Source of the DNA: Alphaproteobacteria bacterium
GTDB taxonomy: Bacteria > Pseudomonadota > Alphaproteobacteria > MPNO01 > UBA830
Direction: 5' to 3'
Assembly: GCA_964291215.2 (NCBI GenBank)
Contig: OZ219791.1
Location: forward strand, 3,424,001 to 3,488,000
DNA: 64,000 bases
Of the stretch, positions 31,155 through 41,548 are shown in pieces. A program made the translations under genes and the position numbers. Within the stretch, counting starts at the first letter, position 1, and every line of letters begins with the position of its first letter. The notes under the pieces were generated by a model. The model searched no databases. It worked only from the letters and a program-made list of their open reading frames with translations, and was not told the origin of the DNA.

Positions 31155-33244
31155 TGGGAAGTGACTGGCGGCTTGGTGCCGATATCGGCGGAACCTTCAC
31201 CGACCTTGTATTGGCGGCGCCGGACGGGACGCTCCACACCCACAAGCGCCTTTCCACCCCCGGAGACTACGGCATCGGCGTTCGCGACGGTATTGGCGTA
31301 TTGCTGGAAGAGCTCTCGGTAGAGCCCGGGGTGATCGAGCAGATCGTTCACGGAACGACCGTTGCGACAAACACGGTTCTGGAAGGCAAGGGGGCGCGAA
31401 CCGCCCTGGTCACGACCCGCGGGTTCCGGGACGTCCTGGAAATGCGGCGACTGCGCATTCCCGAGATGTACACCCTGAACTACGAGCGCTCCAAACCGCT
31501 GGTGCCACGGCGGCTTCGCCTTGAGATCGACGAGCGGATGGGGCCGGAGGGAGAGGCTTGGCGGCCGCTCGACGAGGCGAGCGTCGCGGAAGCGGCGGAA
31601 CGGCTTGCCGGCGAGGAGATTGAAGCCGTCGCAGTCTGCCTGCTTCACGCTTACGCCAATCCCGATCATGAGCAGCGCGCCGCCGAAATCCTCGCGCGGC
31701 GGTTGGGCGCCGACGTGTTCATGACCTGCTCGAGCGATCTTCTTCCGGTGATCCGGGAATACGAGCGGACCAGCACGACGGTCATCAACGCCTATCTGGG
31801 GCCGGTGGTGCGCGGTTATCTGGGCAGGCTCTCCCGGCATCTGGAGGAGATCGGCGTCACCGCCCCGATCCTCGTGATGAAGTCGGACGGCGGGATCATC
31901 GGCGCCGCCGCCGCCGCCCAACGGCCGGCCTATATCGTGGAATCGGGACCCGCAGCCGGCGTCATAGGGGCGGCGCACACGGGCCGGCGCGACGGCATCG
32001 CCGACTGCATCACACTCGACATGGGCGGGACCACCGCCAAGGCGTCGATCGTCGAGACCGGGGAGGTGGCGAAGACCGGGGACTACGAGGTCGGCGCCGG
32101 GATCAATCTCTCCAGCAAGCTGGTGATGGGTGGCGGGCACGCGCTGAAGCTGCCGGTGATCGACATTTCGGAAATCGGCGCCGGCGGCGGTAGCATCGTG
32201 CGTCTTGACAGCGGTGGGCTGGTTCGCGTCGGCCCCGAGAGCGCGGGCGCTATTCCGGGCCCGGTGGCCTACGACCGGGGTGGCGAGCGGGCGACATTCT
32301 GCGACGCCGTGTTGGCGCTGGGCTATCTCAATCCGGACCATCTGGTCGGCGGTGAGCTTGCCATCGACACCGGGAAGGCAATGGCGGCGCTGGCCGAACA
32401 GGTCGCCGGGCGCCTCGGCAAGGATCTCCTGGATTCCGCCTACGGCGTACTTGAGGTAGCATGCGGCACGATGATGCGGGCCGTCAAGGCCGTGTCCACT
32501 TACCGCGGTAGGGATCCGCGGGATTTCGCCCTGTTCGCCTTCGGCGGAAACGGCCCTGTGGTTGCGGTGGTCATCGCGGATCTCTTGGAAATGACGATGG
32601 TGGTCGTGCCGCCGAACCCGGGCGTGTTCAGCGCCTATGGGCTGTTGCTGGCTGACATTGAGCAGGAAGCTGCTCGCACGCATCTTGCGTTGCTTTCGGG
32701 GACCGATCCGACCCGGCTGGATGCGCTGTTCGGTGAACTCGAGGAACGGCTTTCTGCGGACCTGGCACGGGAAGGCCATGGCGCTGCGAACTTTGCCGTG
32801 ACCCGGTTTGCGGATCTCCGCTACGAGGGCCAGGCCCACGAGCTCACCATTCCGGTCGCGTCCGGCGGAGACGGGTTGCCTGATCTCGAAGCGATGGCGC
32901 GGGCGTTCAGCGACGAGCATGAGCGCACCTACGGCCACAGGGCCGAGGCTGAAGCCGTCGAGAGCGTCACGCTCCGGGCAGCAGCAACGGTTGCCGTGGC
33001 AAAGCCTGTTCTCCGGTTGGGTTCGGCAGAGGAGACGCTGCCGACCTGCCGCGAGATGTTCTTCGGACCAAGATACGGACACCGCGCGGCTCCGGTGCTG
33101 CGACGGACGGAACTGGAGTCGGAACCGCGTTCGGGACCGTTCGTCGTCGAGGAATATGACGCGACCTGTGTCGTGCCGCCGGGCTGGTCGGGGCGTCTTG
33201 ACCTCGCCGGCAACATGATCATCGAAAGGGAGCAGCCGCGATGA
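31151..33244 (+). CDS. Hydantoinase/oxoprolinase subunit A
   Basis: DIGGTFTD, HGTTVATN, EYERTSTT, ESGPAAG, DMGGTT, IGAGGGS. Confidence 0.92.
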   Translation: MMGSDWRLGADIGGTFTDLVLAAPDGTLHTHKRLSTPGDYGIGVRDGIGVLLEELSVEPGVIEQIVHGTTVATNTVLEGKGARTALVTTRGFRDVLEMRRLRIPEMYTLNYERSKPLVPRRLRLEIDERMGPEGEAWRPLDEASVAEAAERLAGEEIEAVAVCLLHAYANPDHEQRAAEILARRLGADVFMTCSSDLLPVIREYERTSTTVINAYLGPVVRGYLGRLSRHLEEIGVTAPILVMKSDGGIIGAAAAAQRPAYIVESGPAAGVIGAAHTGRRDGIADCITLDMGGTTAKASIVETGEVAKTGDYEVGAGINLSSKLVMGGGHALKLPVIDISEIGAGGGSIVRLDSGGLVRVGPESAGAIPGPVAYDRGGERATFCDAVLALGYLNPDHLVGGELAIDTGKAMAALAEQVAGRLGKDLLDSAYGVLEVACGTMMRAVKAVSTYRGRDPRDFALFAFGGNGPVVAVVIADLLEMTMVVVPPNPGVFSAYGLLLADIEQEAARTHLALLSGTDPTRLDALFGELEERLSADLAREGHGAANFAVTRFADLRYEGQAHELTIPVASGGDGLPDLEAMARAFSDEHERTYGHRAEAEAVESVTLRAAATVAVAKPVLRLGSAEETLPTCREMFFGPRYGHRAAPVLRRTELESEPRSGPFVVEEYDATCVVPPGWSGRLDLAGNMIIEREQPR

Positions 33245-35130
33245 CCGGCCGCAACGCAGATCCGATCACGATGGAAGTCGTGCGAAATGGCTTGTCATCG
33301 ATCGCCGACGAGATGGCACTCGTCATCATGCGTACGGCCTATTCGTCGATCGTCCGCGATTCGATGGATTATTCCACCGGATTGTGCGATCGTCGCGGCG
33401 AGACAGTCGCCCACGGGTTGACAATGGCGCTTCATCTCGGCTCGTTCCCCGACGCCATGCGGGCGCTGGTTGCCGAATATGGCGACGACACGCACCCGGG
33501 CGACATGTTCGTCTTCAACGATCCCTATACCGCCGGCGGGATGCACCTGCCCGATGTCTACATCGTGAAGCCGCTGTTCGTTGACGGTGCGCTGGAAGGT
33601 TATGCGGCGACTCTCGTCCACCAGATCGACATGGGTGGAATCGCGCCCGGAAGCACCGCGGTCTATGCGACCGAGGTCTTCCAGGAAGGGTTGCGGATCC
33701 CCGTGCTGAAGCTTTTCGAGGAGGGTCGGCCGAACGAGACCTTCTTCAAGCTCATGCACCAGAACACCCGCGTGCCCGACAAGCTCGCCGGCGACATGAG
33801 GGCACAGGTCGCCGCCTGCAACACCGCCGATCGCGCCTATGGCCGCCTCGTGGAGAAGTATGGAAGCGACAGCTTCCGGTCGATCCTCGCGGATCTCCAC
33901 GACTATGCCGAGACGGTCGTGCGCCAGGAGGTCGCCCGACTGCCGAACGGCTCATGGAGTTTCACCGATTATCTCGACGGGCTTGGCGACGATCCCGAGC
34001 CGATCGCGCTGAGGGTGACGGTTACGGTCGACGGCGAGGACATGATTGTCGACTGGGCGGGAAGCGCGCCGGAAGTGCCTGGCGCCATCAACTGTCCGTC
34101 GCCGTTCGTCAAGTCGGCCGTCCATCTCATCGTCAAGTGCATCGCAGATAACGACATTCCCAATTTCGAGGGATTCACGAGGGCGCTCGACATTCGCTTG
34201 CCCGAGGGAACGATCGTCAACCCTCGGCCCCCAGCGGCATGCGCGGCGCGCGCAGTCATCGGTTGGCGCGCGATCGACGTGCTCCTTGGCGCCTTCGCGC
34301 AGATCGTTCCGGACAAGATCCCCGCCGCTGGCGAAGGCGGGGTGACCTTTCCTGCGATCAGCGGCTACCACCGGGGGCGGCGCTTCGTCTGCTCGGAGAC
34401 GATGGCCGGCAGCTGGGGCGCGATGCCGGATCGCGACGGCACCTTCGCGATTCCCAACCCTGGCGGCAACCTGACCAACCAACCGGTCGAGATGATCGAG
34501 GCGCTGCATCCTCTCGAAATCGAATGTTACGGCATGGTCGAAAATTCGGGCGGCCCAGGGCGCTTTCGCGGCGCTCAGGCCTTCCGGCGCCAGTACCGCG
34601 TGCGCGGCGACGGAGTTCAGATCGTCATGCGTTCCGACCGCCGCAAGTTCCTTCCCTACGGGCTCAATGGCGGCAGCCCGGGAACACCTTCGTGGAATCT
34701 GGTCAATCCCGGTCCCGCCCAGGAAATCGTTCCCGTGATGCCGATGGAAGCGATCCATCTCGGCACGGACGACGTGTTTTGCCACATTAGCGCCAGCGGG
34801 GCAGGGCAGGGGGATCCCCTCGAACGGGACCCGGCCCTGGTCGCCGAAGATGTGCGGGAGGAAAGGCTCGACGCGGCCTATGCCGAAGAGGTCTACGGGG
34901 TGGTGTTTCGCGCGGGAAGCCTGGAATGCGATGCCGAGGCGACGGCGGCGCGGCGCGCAGGGTTGCGCGCCGCAAGGGCCGCCGGGAACGGCGGCAAGCC
35001 GGCCTATCTGCGCATCTTCCAGGAGCAATTGGGGCTGCCGGATTTCCGGATCGAGGGGGAGCGCAAGGTCGTATACCATGAAGGTGCCGGGCCAGGGCAT
35101 GTGCCGGCGTCGGCAGAGGATCGGTCATGA
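33241..35130 (+). CDS. Hydantoinase B/oxoprolinase subunit B
   Basis: MRTAYSSIVRDSMDYS, NDPY..GMHLPD, HQIDMGG, QEGLRIP, SGGPGRFRG. Confidence 0.92.
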   Translation: MTGRNADPITMEVVRNGLSSIADEMALVIMRTAYSSIVRDSMDYSTGLCDRRGETVAHGLTMALHLGSFPDAMRALVAEYGDDTHPGDMFVFNDPYTAGGMHLPDVYIVKPLFVDGALEGYAATLVHQIDMGGIAPGSTAVYATEVFQEGLRIPVLKLFEEGRPNETFFKLMHQNTRVPDKLAGDMRAQVAACNTADRAYGRLVEKYGSDSFRSILADLHDYAETVVRQEVARLPNGSWSFTDYLDGLGDDPEPIALRVTVTVDGEDMIVDWAGSAPEVPGAINCPSPFVKSAVHLIVKCIADNDIPNFEGFTRALDIRLPEGTIVNPRPPAACAARAVIGWRAIDVLLGAFAQIVPDKIPAAGEGGVTFPAISGYHRGRRFVCSETMAGSWGAMPDRDGTFAIPNPGGNLTNQPVEMIEALHPLEIECYGMVENSGGPGRFRGAQAFRRQYRVRGDGVQIVMRSDRRKFLPYGLNGGSPGTPSWNLVNPGPAQEIVPVMPMEAIHLGTDDVFCHISASGAGQGDPLERDPALVAEDVREERLDAAYAEEVYGVVFRAGSLECDAEATAARRAGLRAARAAGNGGKPAYLRIFQEQLGLPDFRIEGERKVVYHEGAGPGHVPASAEDRS

Positions 35131-35756
35131 CAGCCAATCTTATCGAGGAATTCGTGATCCCGGCCCGCCGCGGCCGGGCGTTCGAAGTGAAGAAGGGCCA
35201 AACCTTCCGCATTCACCAGATCGTTGGCGGGCAGGTTGGAGACTGCGTCTTCTTCAATGCGGACGATCACAAGGAGATGTTCCATTGCGGGCAGAGCTGG
35301 GCCATCAACGTGATCGCTGGAACCGGCACGAGCAAGGCTTTTCGGTATTTCTATTCCAAGCCGCCACGCGAGAATGTGATGATGACGGTGCTGCAGGACA
35401 CATATCCGAACCACTGGGGCAACATGGGCGGGCGCTGTTCGCAGCGGCTCTACGAGATTCGCGACAGCCTTGCCGCCGGAAGCCACCGCTCCTGCCAGGA
35501 AAACCTCCGGGAAGCCCTGGAGCCTTTCGAACTGACCGGAGACGACATCATTGATGTCTTCAACGTGTTCATGAATGTTGATCTGCATGCCGACGGGACC
35601 TTCACCATTCGCTCGACCGAGGTCGGGAAGGACGATTTCATGGAAATGCGCGCGGAGATGAACATTCTTGCTGCGGTGTCCGCCTGTCCGGCAGACACGT
35701 CACCGACGAACGGCGGCAAGTCGGCGCCGCTCGGCATCCGGATATACGAAGCCTGA
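35127..35756 (+). CDS. DUF1989 / urea carboxylase-associated family protein
   Basis: GGQVGD, GRCS, SCQENL, FNVFMNV, VSACP. Confidence 0.85.
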   Translation: MTANLIEEFVIPARRGRAFEVKKGQTFRIHQIVGGQVGDCVFFNADDHKEMFHCGQSWAINVIAGTGTSKAFRYFYSKPPRENVMMTVLQDTYPNHWGNMGGRCSQRLYEIRDSLAAGSHRSCQENLREALEPFELTGDDIIDVFNVFMNVDLHADGTFTIRSTEVGKDDFMEMRAEMNILAAVSACPADTSPTNGGKSAPLGIRIYEA

Positions 35757-36282
35757 CCTTCGCTGGCGCAATACTGATTCCAGAAAGAGCTTGTTGGGAG
35801 GAGCACAGCGTCTGGTGCGACAATCAGGTCCGGAGAATGCGGCAGAAAACCCCGCAATAGCGATCCGGTTTCCGTAGGCTCTTGGAATAGCCTGAATACC
35901 TGGCTGCTCCAGCACATGGAACACGATATTTGGAGCCGGACGAATTGCAGGCAGATCGCTGTCCGCAGCTTCGCCGCATGACCCCGCGATCGGCGCAAGT
36001 CCGCGGTCCCTTGTATCTGGTCGGTCGGCGGGACTAGCGTGAGAGCGCGTCGGCGGCCAGGATGAACGAAGGAGCACGCGGAACCGGATGGGGCCCGAAA
36101 TGATCGCTATTGCCACTGTCAGCGACAGCGTAGCGGGTCCGGTCCCGAACGGCCATATAGATACGGCGCCGATGCGCGCGGGCGGTGAGATCGACGTTCA
36201 GCGGAATCAGCCGGTTTGAACAGGGATGGACAAAATTTTGTGAAGCCCTGAAGTTGCGGGTGTCGAGACAATATTGTGAAAA

Positions 36283-37495
36283 CCCAAGTTGGCACTTTTT
36301 GCGTCAGTTGAAGGGGAAATTTATGCGGCAGCCTCACTTCATATAATATATGCCGGCATTTGCTCGCCCTTATCCACTGTATTTGCGATTTTCTGTCCAA
36401 AATAGCCACTGTCCGGTATATCTGGAGCCTCGTCAACACAAAAGGCTCCAGACAACATGTTCATCAGGGCAAGCAAAATCTGCAGCACCGCAGACGGCAA
36501 GCCCGTCCACAGCCCGTGCTTTCTCAACGCATCGGCGACAAGGTCAGACAGCGCACGCTGCTCAATCTCGGCACCGACTATCCGGTGGCGCGCAAGAACT
36601 GGAAGGAGGTTACCGCGCTCGACGGCGCGGGCTTTCGGCGCAGTTGCGAGGTCTTGCCGGGCAACGTGAGCGAGCCGGGCACGCTGCTGAGGCTGGAGGC
36701 GGGCGGCAAAGCCGACGGCAGTCATGGACGCGGCACCGAGACGAACATCGCGTGGCGAGCATGTCTGGATCGCGGGCGGCGCCGCCCGAGGGTGGGCCCG
36801 AGGCTGATCACCAACCACGAGGTGCAGGCGCCTTGCCAGCGAGGATGGCGCGGCGTGGAGAGCAGGAAGAGGGCCGAGGACGCCATTCCTGGCCGCAGGG
36901 CTTCGAGGCGGCAAAGTTCCACCTCCAAGGGCCGGCGCCACGACAAGGTGCCGGAGAGCGGTCTCGAGCAGCGCTTCTCCACCGTCGCCCGGCACTACGA
37001 GATCACTGTCGAGAAGGCCAACGCAACGGCCGTGCGCTTCAGCCACAGACGACAAGACAATGCGGGCGCCTGCGCACCAGCGACCGGGATATCGAGACCG
37101 TCCTCGGGACATGGATATCGAGGCCACCTTCCGTTCATTGAAATCCGAGCCCGGATTGCGCCCGGCCAGCGCATCGCCACCCACCTGTTGATCGCCGTGC
37201 TCGCCGCGGTGCATCTGATCTCCGCGCGGGGCATCGACAAGTGCTAGACATCAATCCACGAGAGCATGCGGAACCAGGGTCACCACGCGCCTGCGCGCAT
37301 TGATCGTCAACCGACAGGGCACGCACCGCCGAGGTCGCCGAAATCTCCTCGGCAGCTGGTGTCGAACCCGCCGCACGAGGAGCCGCCTCACAAGCTGACA
37401 GAATTCAACGGAATGTAGTGCCATGTTGAAATCGGCCGACAAAAAAATCGCGCAACGTGATAAAAATTCCAGGCTGCAAAAAGTGCCAACTTGGG
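36283..37495 (+). mobile_element. IS1634-family element, internally eroded, perfect 20-bp TIRs
   Basis: CCCAAGTTGGCACTTTTTGC (36283) / GCAAAAAGTGCCAACTTGGG (to 37495); RIGDKVRQRTLLNLG, RIATHLLIAVLA. Confidence 0.85.
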
Positions 37496-37629
37496 AAAAA
37501 ATTTCCTGACATATTCAACGAAGCAATCTCAACGAAGCAATTGTTCTTTAGCTTTTTTCTTCGTTTTTTGCCTCTTGGTATTACGCCGAGATATGAGGAA
37601 ATGGCACTGACGCAGCGCGTCTGATCGGA

Positions 37630-39144
37630 CTATTCGCCGTCAGCTGCGACGTTCCGCAGCCGGCCCAGCCCCGTCCGGATGGAGGGCAGGAAGATCAGGG
37701 TGACCGCAAAGACCAGAAGCGCGGCGGTCATCGGACGCTCCCAGATGAAGCTCACGCCGTCGCTCAGATTCATGGCGCGCGCGAAGTTGTTCTCGAGGAG
37801 CGGCCCGAGGATGAACCCGATCAACATCGGCGCCAGGGGAAAGCCCGCGATCCGCATTATCGTCGCCACGGTTCCCATGCCGGCCAGCAGCAGCAGTTCG
37901 GTGGCGTTGTTCTGGCCGATATAGCTGCCCATCATCGTAAAAAAAAGGATGAAGGGTATAAGGTAATTGCGTGGAATTTCGAGCAGTTTCGCGATGTAGG
38001 GAATGAGTGGGAGATTGAGGATCAACAGCACGACGTTGCCTACGTACATCGAGATGATCACCGCCCAGAAGATCGAGGGATTGTCGACCATCAGACGCGG
38101 GCCCGGCGCGACGTTGAGCGCGATCAGCGCACCGAGAAGGATGGCGGTGGTGCCGGAACCCGGAATGCCAAGGGTCAGCAGCGGCACGAACGAGCCTGTG
38201 CAGGCGGCGTTGTTGGCGGTCTCGGGCGCGGCCAGGCCCTTGACCGAGCCCTTGCCGAACTTCACGCGGTCCTTGCCCTTGGCGATGTTGCGTTCCACGG
38301 CGTAGCCGAGAAAGGACGCTATGGTAGCCCCGGCGCCCGGCATGACGCCGATGAAGAAGCCCTGAAGCGACTGACGGCCTATGACGGGGGCGATCTCCTT
38401 TGCTTCGCTGCGCGTGATCCGGAGGTTCGAGATCCTGCCGCCGCCTTCGCCGCGTTTCGAGCGTTTGGGATCGAGAACGAGATAGAGCGCCTCCGGCAGC
38501 GCGAATAGCGCCATGGCGAGGGTGATGAAGCTGAGGCCGCTCTGGAGATCCTGGAGGCCCAGCGTAAAGCGCGGGGCGTTGAACAGTGCACTTTCCCCGA
38601 CCGTGGCGAGCATCACGCCGAGAATGGTCATCATCAGCGCCTTCGCGACCTGGCCGGCGCCGGCGAATGCAGCGATGGCGGCGAGGCCCACGACCATCAG
38701 TGCAAAATATTCCGAGGAATGGAAGAGGAGGGCGACGCTCGCGAGCCCGGGCGCAAACCCGAGGAGGAGGAGGGCGCCGATGGTTCCTCCGGCGAAGGAG
38801 GCGATGGCTGCAATCGTCAGCGCCTTGCCCGCGAGGCCCTGGCGCGCAAGCGGATAGCCGTCGAAAGACGTGGCCACGGTGCCGGCGACGCCCGGGGCGT
38901 TGATCAGGATCGATGAGGTGGAGCCGCCGAATATGGCGCCGTAATAGACGCCCGCGAGGAGGATCAGGGCGGCGGAGGGATCGCCGAGCTGGACGGCGAC
39001 CGGAATCATGATCGCGATGATCGACATTGGGCCGAGGCCCGGCAGCATGCCGATGACGGTGCCGATCAAGCAGCCGGCGACGACCATGATCAGGTTCTGG
39101 AGGCTGAAGGCGGTCGACAGTCCGGCGACTATTCCCTCAAGCAC
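37630..39144 (-). CDS. tctA: Tripartite tricarboxylate transporter permease
   Basis: GMLPGLG, YYGAIFGGSTSSILINAPG, APETANNA, LGIPGSGTTA. Confidence 0.93.
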   Translation of the reverse strand: MLEGIVAGLSTAFSLQNLIMVVAGCLIGTVIGMLPGLGPMSIIAIMIPVAVQLGDPSAALILLAGVYYGAIFGGSTSSILINAPGVAGTVATSFDGYPLARQGLAGKALTIAAIASFAGGTIGALLLLGFAPGLASVALLFHSSEYFALMVVGLAAIAAFAGAGQVAKALMMTILGVMLATVGESALFNAPRFTLGLQDLQSGLSFITLAMALFALPEALYLVLDPKRSKRGEGGGRISNLRITRSEAKEIAPVIGRQSLQGFFIGVMPGAGATIASFLGYAVERNIAKGKDRVKFGKGSVKGLAAPETANNAACTGSFVPLLTLGIPGSGTTAILLGALIALNVAPGPRLMVDNPSIFWAVIISMYVGNVVLLILNLPLIPYIAKLLEIPRNYLIPFILFFTMMGSYIGQNNATELLLLAGMGTVATIMRIAGFPLAPMLIGFILGPLLENNFARAMNLSDGVSFIWERPMTAALLVFAVTLIFLPSIRTGLGRLRNVAADGE

Positions 39145-39156
39145 GGCACATATCCT

Positions 39157-39642
39157 TCAGACGAATGCGGGCCATGGGCGGAGGAAGATGCCGAGCACCT
39201 CCTGCACCAGATACCAGATCACGAAGGCGGCGAGCACAGAGACGAGAACAAGAACGGCGTAGCGCCTCTCGCCGAGAATGATGCCGCCGACGAGCAGGAA
39301 CACCGATGTCGCGGCAACGAAGCCGACGGGCCGCAGCAGCAGGGCATAGGCGATCATCAGCACCAGCAGAAAAATCGCTTGGCCAAGCTTGTACTGCCGG
39401 AGCCTGCGGACATCGATGCCGCCGGGATCGAGTTCTGCGTCCGCCGCCGGCTTCGACCGGACGAGCACGAAGAATCCGGCGACGGCGCCGAGCATGCTCA
39501 GCCACTTCGGCAAGATATTGGGGAGGAAGGTCATGTTGTGCTCGAAGGGCAGGAGATCTGCCTCCATGACCACGAACGCCGTGTACCCGTATGCCAGGCA
39601 GACGGCGATGAATATTCCGACAATCGCCCTTTCGAGGGTCAC
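39157..39642 (-). CDS. tctB: Tripartite tricarboxylate transporter small subunit
   Basis: Four TM segments between tctC and tctA; GGGAGG RBS before the GTG at 39642. Confidence 0.85.
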   Translation of the reverse strand: MTLERAIVGIFIAVCLAYGYTAFVVMEADLLPFEHNMTFLPNILPKWLSMLGAVAGFFVLVRSKPAADAELDPGGIDVRRLRQYKLGQAIFLLVLMIAYALLLRPVGFVAATSVFLLVGGIILGERRYAVLVLVSVLAAFVIWYLVQEVLGIFLRPWPAFV

Positions 39643-39708
39643 GGTTCCTCCCGCGCGTGAACGGGGGACCGGCCGGGCGCCTGACGTGGGCGTCCCGGCC
39701 GGCAATTC

Positions 39709-40704
39709 CTATTTCAGGAAGCCGAGCTTCTGCATCAGCTTCTTGATCACCGTCTCCTGATTTTCGAGGAAGGCCACGAAATCCTTGCCCGAATTGTGAA
39801 TGTCGACCCAGCCGTTCCGATCACGGACGGCCTTCCATTCCGGTGTCGCGTACATTGCCGCGAGGGCCTCGCGGTACTGGTCCGCCTTCGCCGCCGGCAG
39901 ACCGGGCGCGGCGAAGAAGCCCCGCCAATTGACGAACGCCGCGTCGTATCCCTGCTCCTTGAGGGTGGGCGCGTCCTTGAAGGCCGGCACGCGCTTCTCC
40001 GAGGTCACGGCGAGTATCTGCATTTCTCCAGCCTTGGCCAACGCCACCGCCTCGGAGAAGCCGGTCGACCCGGCATCGACCTCGCCGGACAGAATCGCGG
40101 CGTTCAGCTTGCCGCCGGCGTCGTAGGGGATGTACTTGACCTTGGTCGGATCGGCGCCCGCCGCCTGGAAGGCCATCGCGGCCACCAGATGGTCCATTCC
40201 GCCCGGCACCGAACCGCCGCCGACCGCCACCTTCTTCGGGTCCTTCTTGTAGGCCGCGACGAGGTCTGCAAAATTCTTGTAGGGGCTGTTCTTGCCGGTG
40301 ATGATGGCGGCGTAATCGCCGATCGTGCCGGCGATCATCGTCAGGTCGCGAAAGTTGTGGGGGAAACGTCCGACCAGCGAGCGGATGACGATCGGCGTCG
40401 AGTTGACCATCAGCGTTCCGTGGTTGGAGGCGGCGTTCTCGATCAGATAACCGATCGCCTTGCCGCCACCGCCGCCGGACATGTTCTCGTAGGAGGCCGT
40501 CCCGACGATGCCCGACTTGGTCAGCGCTTCGCCGGTGCCGCGCGCGGTACCGTCCCAGCCGCCGCCGGCGCCGCCGGGGATGAGGAAGTGGATCTTGTCA
40601 ATCATCTTTTCAGCCGCCTGCGCCGAGACCGGAGCTGCCGCAATCATGGCCGCCGCGGCGACCGCGGAGAAAACGAAACGTCCACTCAAATCAATCATCT
40701 TCAT
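39709..40704 (-). CDS. tctC: Tripartite tricarboxylate transporter substrate-binding protein
   Basis: Signal peptide, PGGAGGGWDGTAR, NWRGFF. Confidence 0.92.
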   Translation of the reverse strand: MKMIDLSGRFVFSAVAAAAMIAAAPVSAQAAEKMIDKIHFLIPGGAGGGWDGTARGTGEALTKSGIVGTASYENMSGGGGGKAIGYLIENAASNHGTLMVNSTPIVIRSLVGRFPHNFRDLTMIAGTIGDYAAIITGKNSPYKNFADLVAAYKKDPKKVAVGGGSVPGGMDHLVAAMAFQAAGADPTKVKYIPYDAGGKLNAAILSGEVDAGSTGFSEAVALAKAGEMQILAVTSEKRVPAFKDAPTLKEQGYDAAFVNWRGFFAAPGLPAAKADQYREALAAMYATPEWKAVRDRNGWVDIHNSGKDFVAFLENQETVIKKLMQKLGFLK

Positions 40705-40747
40705 GCCCTTGTTCTCCAGTGATTGGATGTCTACGGGGGTTGCTAGA

Positions 40748-41548
40748 TTAGGGTCCGTCGTAAGTCAATCCGTATTCCGGCGGGACCGGGCCCTTGTTGC
40801 GCCCGCCCTGCACCGACTGTTCCCAGGCGTGGGCAACGATGCCCACCGATCGCGACAGGCAGAAGAGCCCGCGTGCGAGCGCCGGCGGACAGCCGAGCTC
40901 GCCGAAGATCACCGCCGTAGCGCCGTCAATGTTGAGCGGGACGGGCCTGCTTTTCCCGTCGGCGAGCGCCTTCTCGATCGACCGCGCGATCTTCGCGTGG
41001 CAGCCGATGATGTCTCCGGCTTCCGCGGCCCTGTCGACGAGGCCGAGCAGTGGCGGCGTCCTCGGATCGAGACTCTTGTGAAAGCGATGGCCGTATCCGG
41101 GGACATAGGCCGTCCGTTCCCGCCGCCACCGGCTGAGGCCGTCGGCAACGGCGTCCTCCGCGGACCGGCCGCCCTCCATCGCCTCGGATATTTCGGTGAA
41201 GAGTTCGAGCGCCTGCTCTCCGGCGCCGCCGTGCACGTCGCCGAGCATGTTAACCCCGCTCGCAAGCGCGTTGTTGATCCCGACGCCGCAGGTAATCGCC
41301 ATTCGCGCGGCTGCGATAGAGGGCGCGTGCGGACCGTGGTCGACCGCGGCGACCAGCGCGGCCTCGAGGAGCCTTGCCCGCGGAGCGGTGAGTTCCTCGC
41401 CAGTGGTCATCAGCCATATGACCTGGGCAAAATTCCACCTGCCGATCAGCTCCTCGACCGGACGACCACGGATGACGATCCTGCCGGGTTCCGTGTCAAT
41501 GATTGACGTTCGCCACCAGTCCCCCGGATCGGGTCTGCGGTTCGTCAT
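40748..41548 (-). CDS. Citryl-CoA lyase (citrate synthase-like)
   Basis: WWRTSI, AVDHGPHAPSIA, GDVHGGAGE, PGYGHRFH, NIDG. Confidence 0.85.
   Translation of the reverse strand: MTNRRPDPGDWWRTSIIDTEPGRIVIRGRPVEELIGRWNFAQVIWLMTTGEELTAPRARLLEAALVAAVDHGPHAPSIAAARMAITCGVGINNALASGVNMLGDVHGGAGEQALELFTEISEAMEGGRSAEDAVADGLSRWRRERTAYVPGYGHRFHKSLDPRTPPLLGLVDRAAEAGDIIGCHAKIARSIEKALADGKSRPVPLNIDGATAVIFGELGCPPALARGLFCLSRSVGIVAHAWEQSVQGGRNKGPVPPEYGLTYDGP

Noticed and set aside
30791-33082. Long antisense ORFs (763 aa here; also 2651-4285 and the alternative-frame 46335-48053)
   Set aside because: Shadow frames of well-supported high-GC genes, with no recognisable motifs
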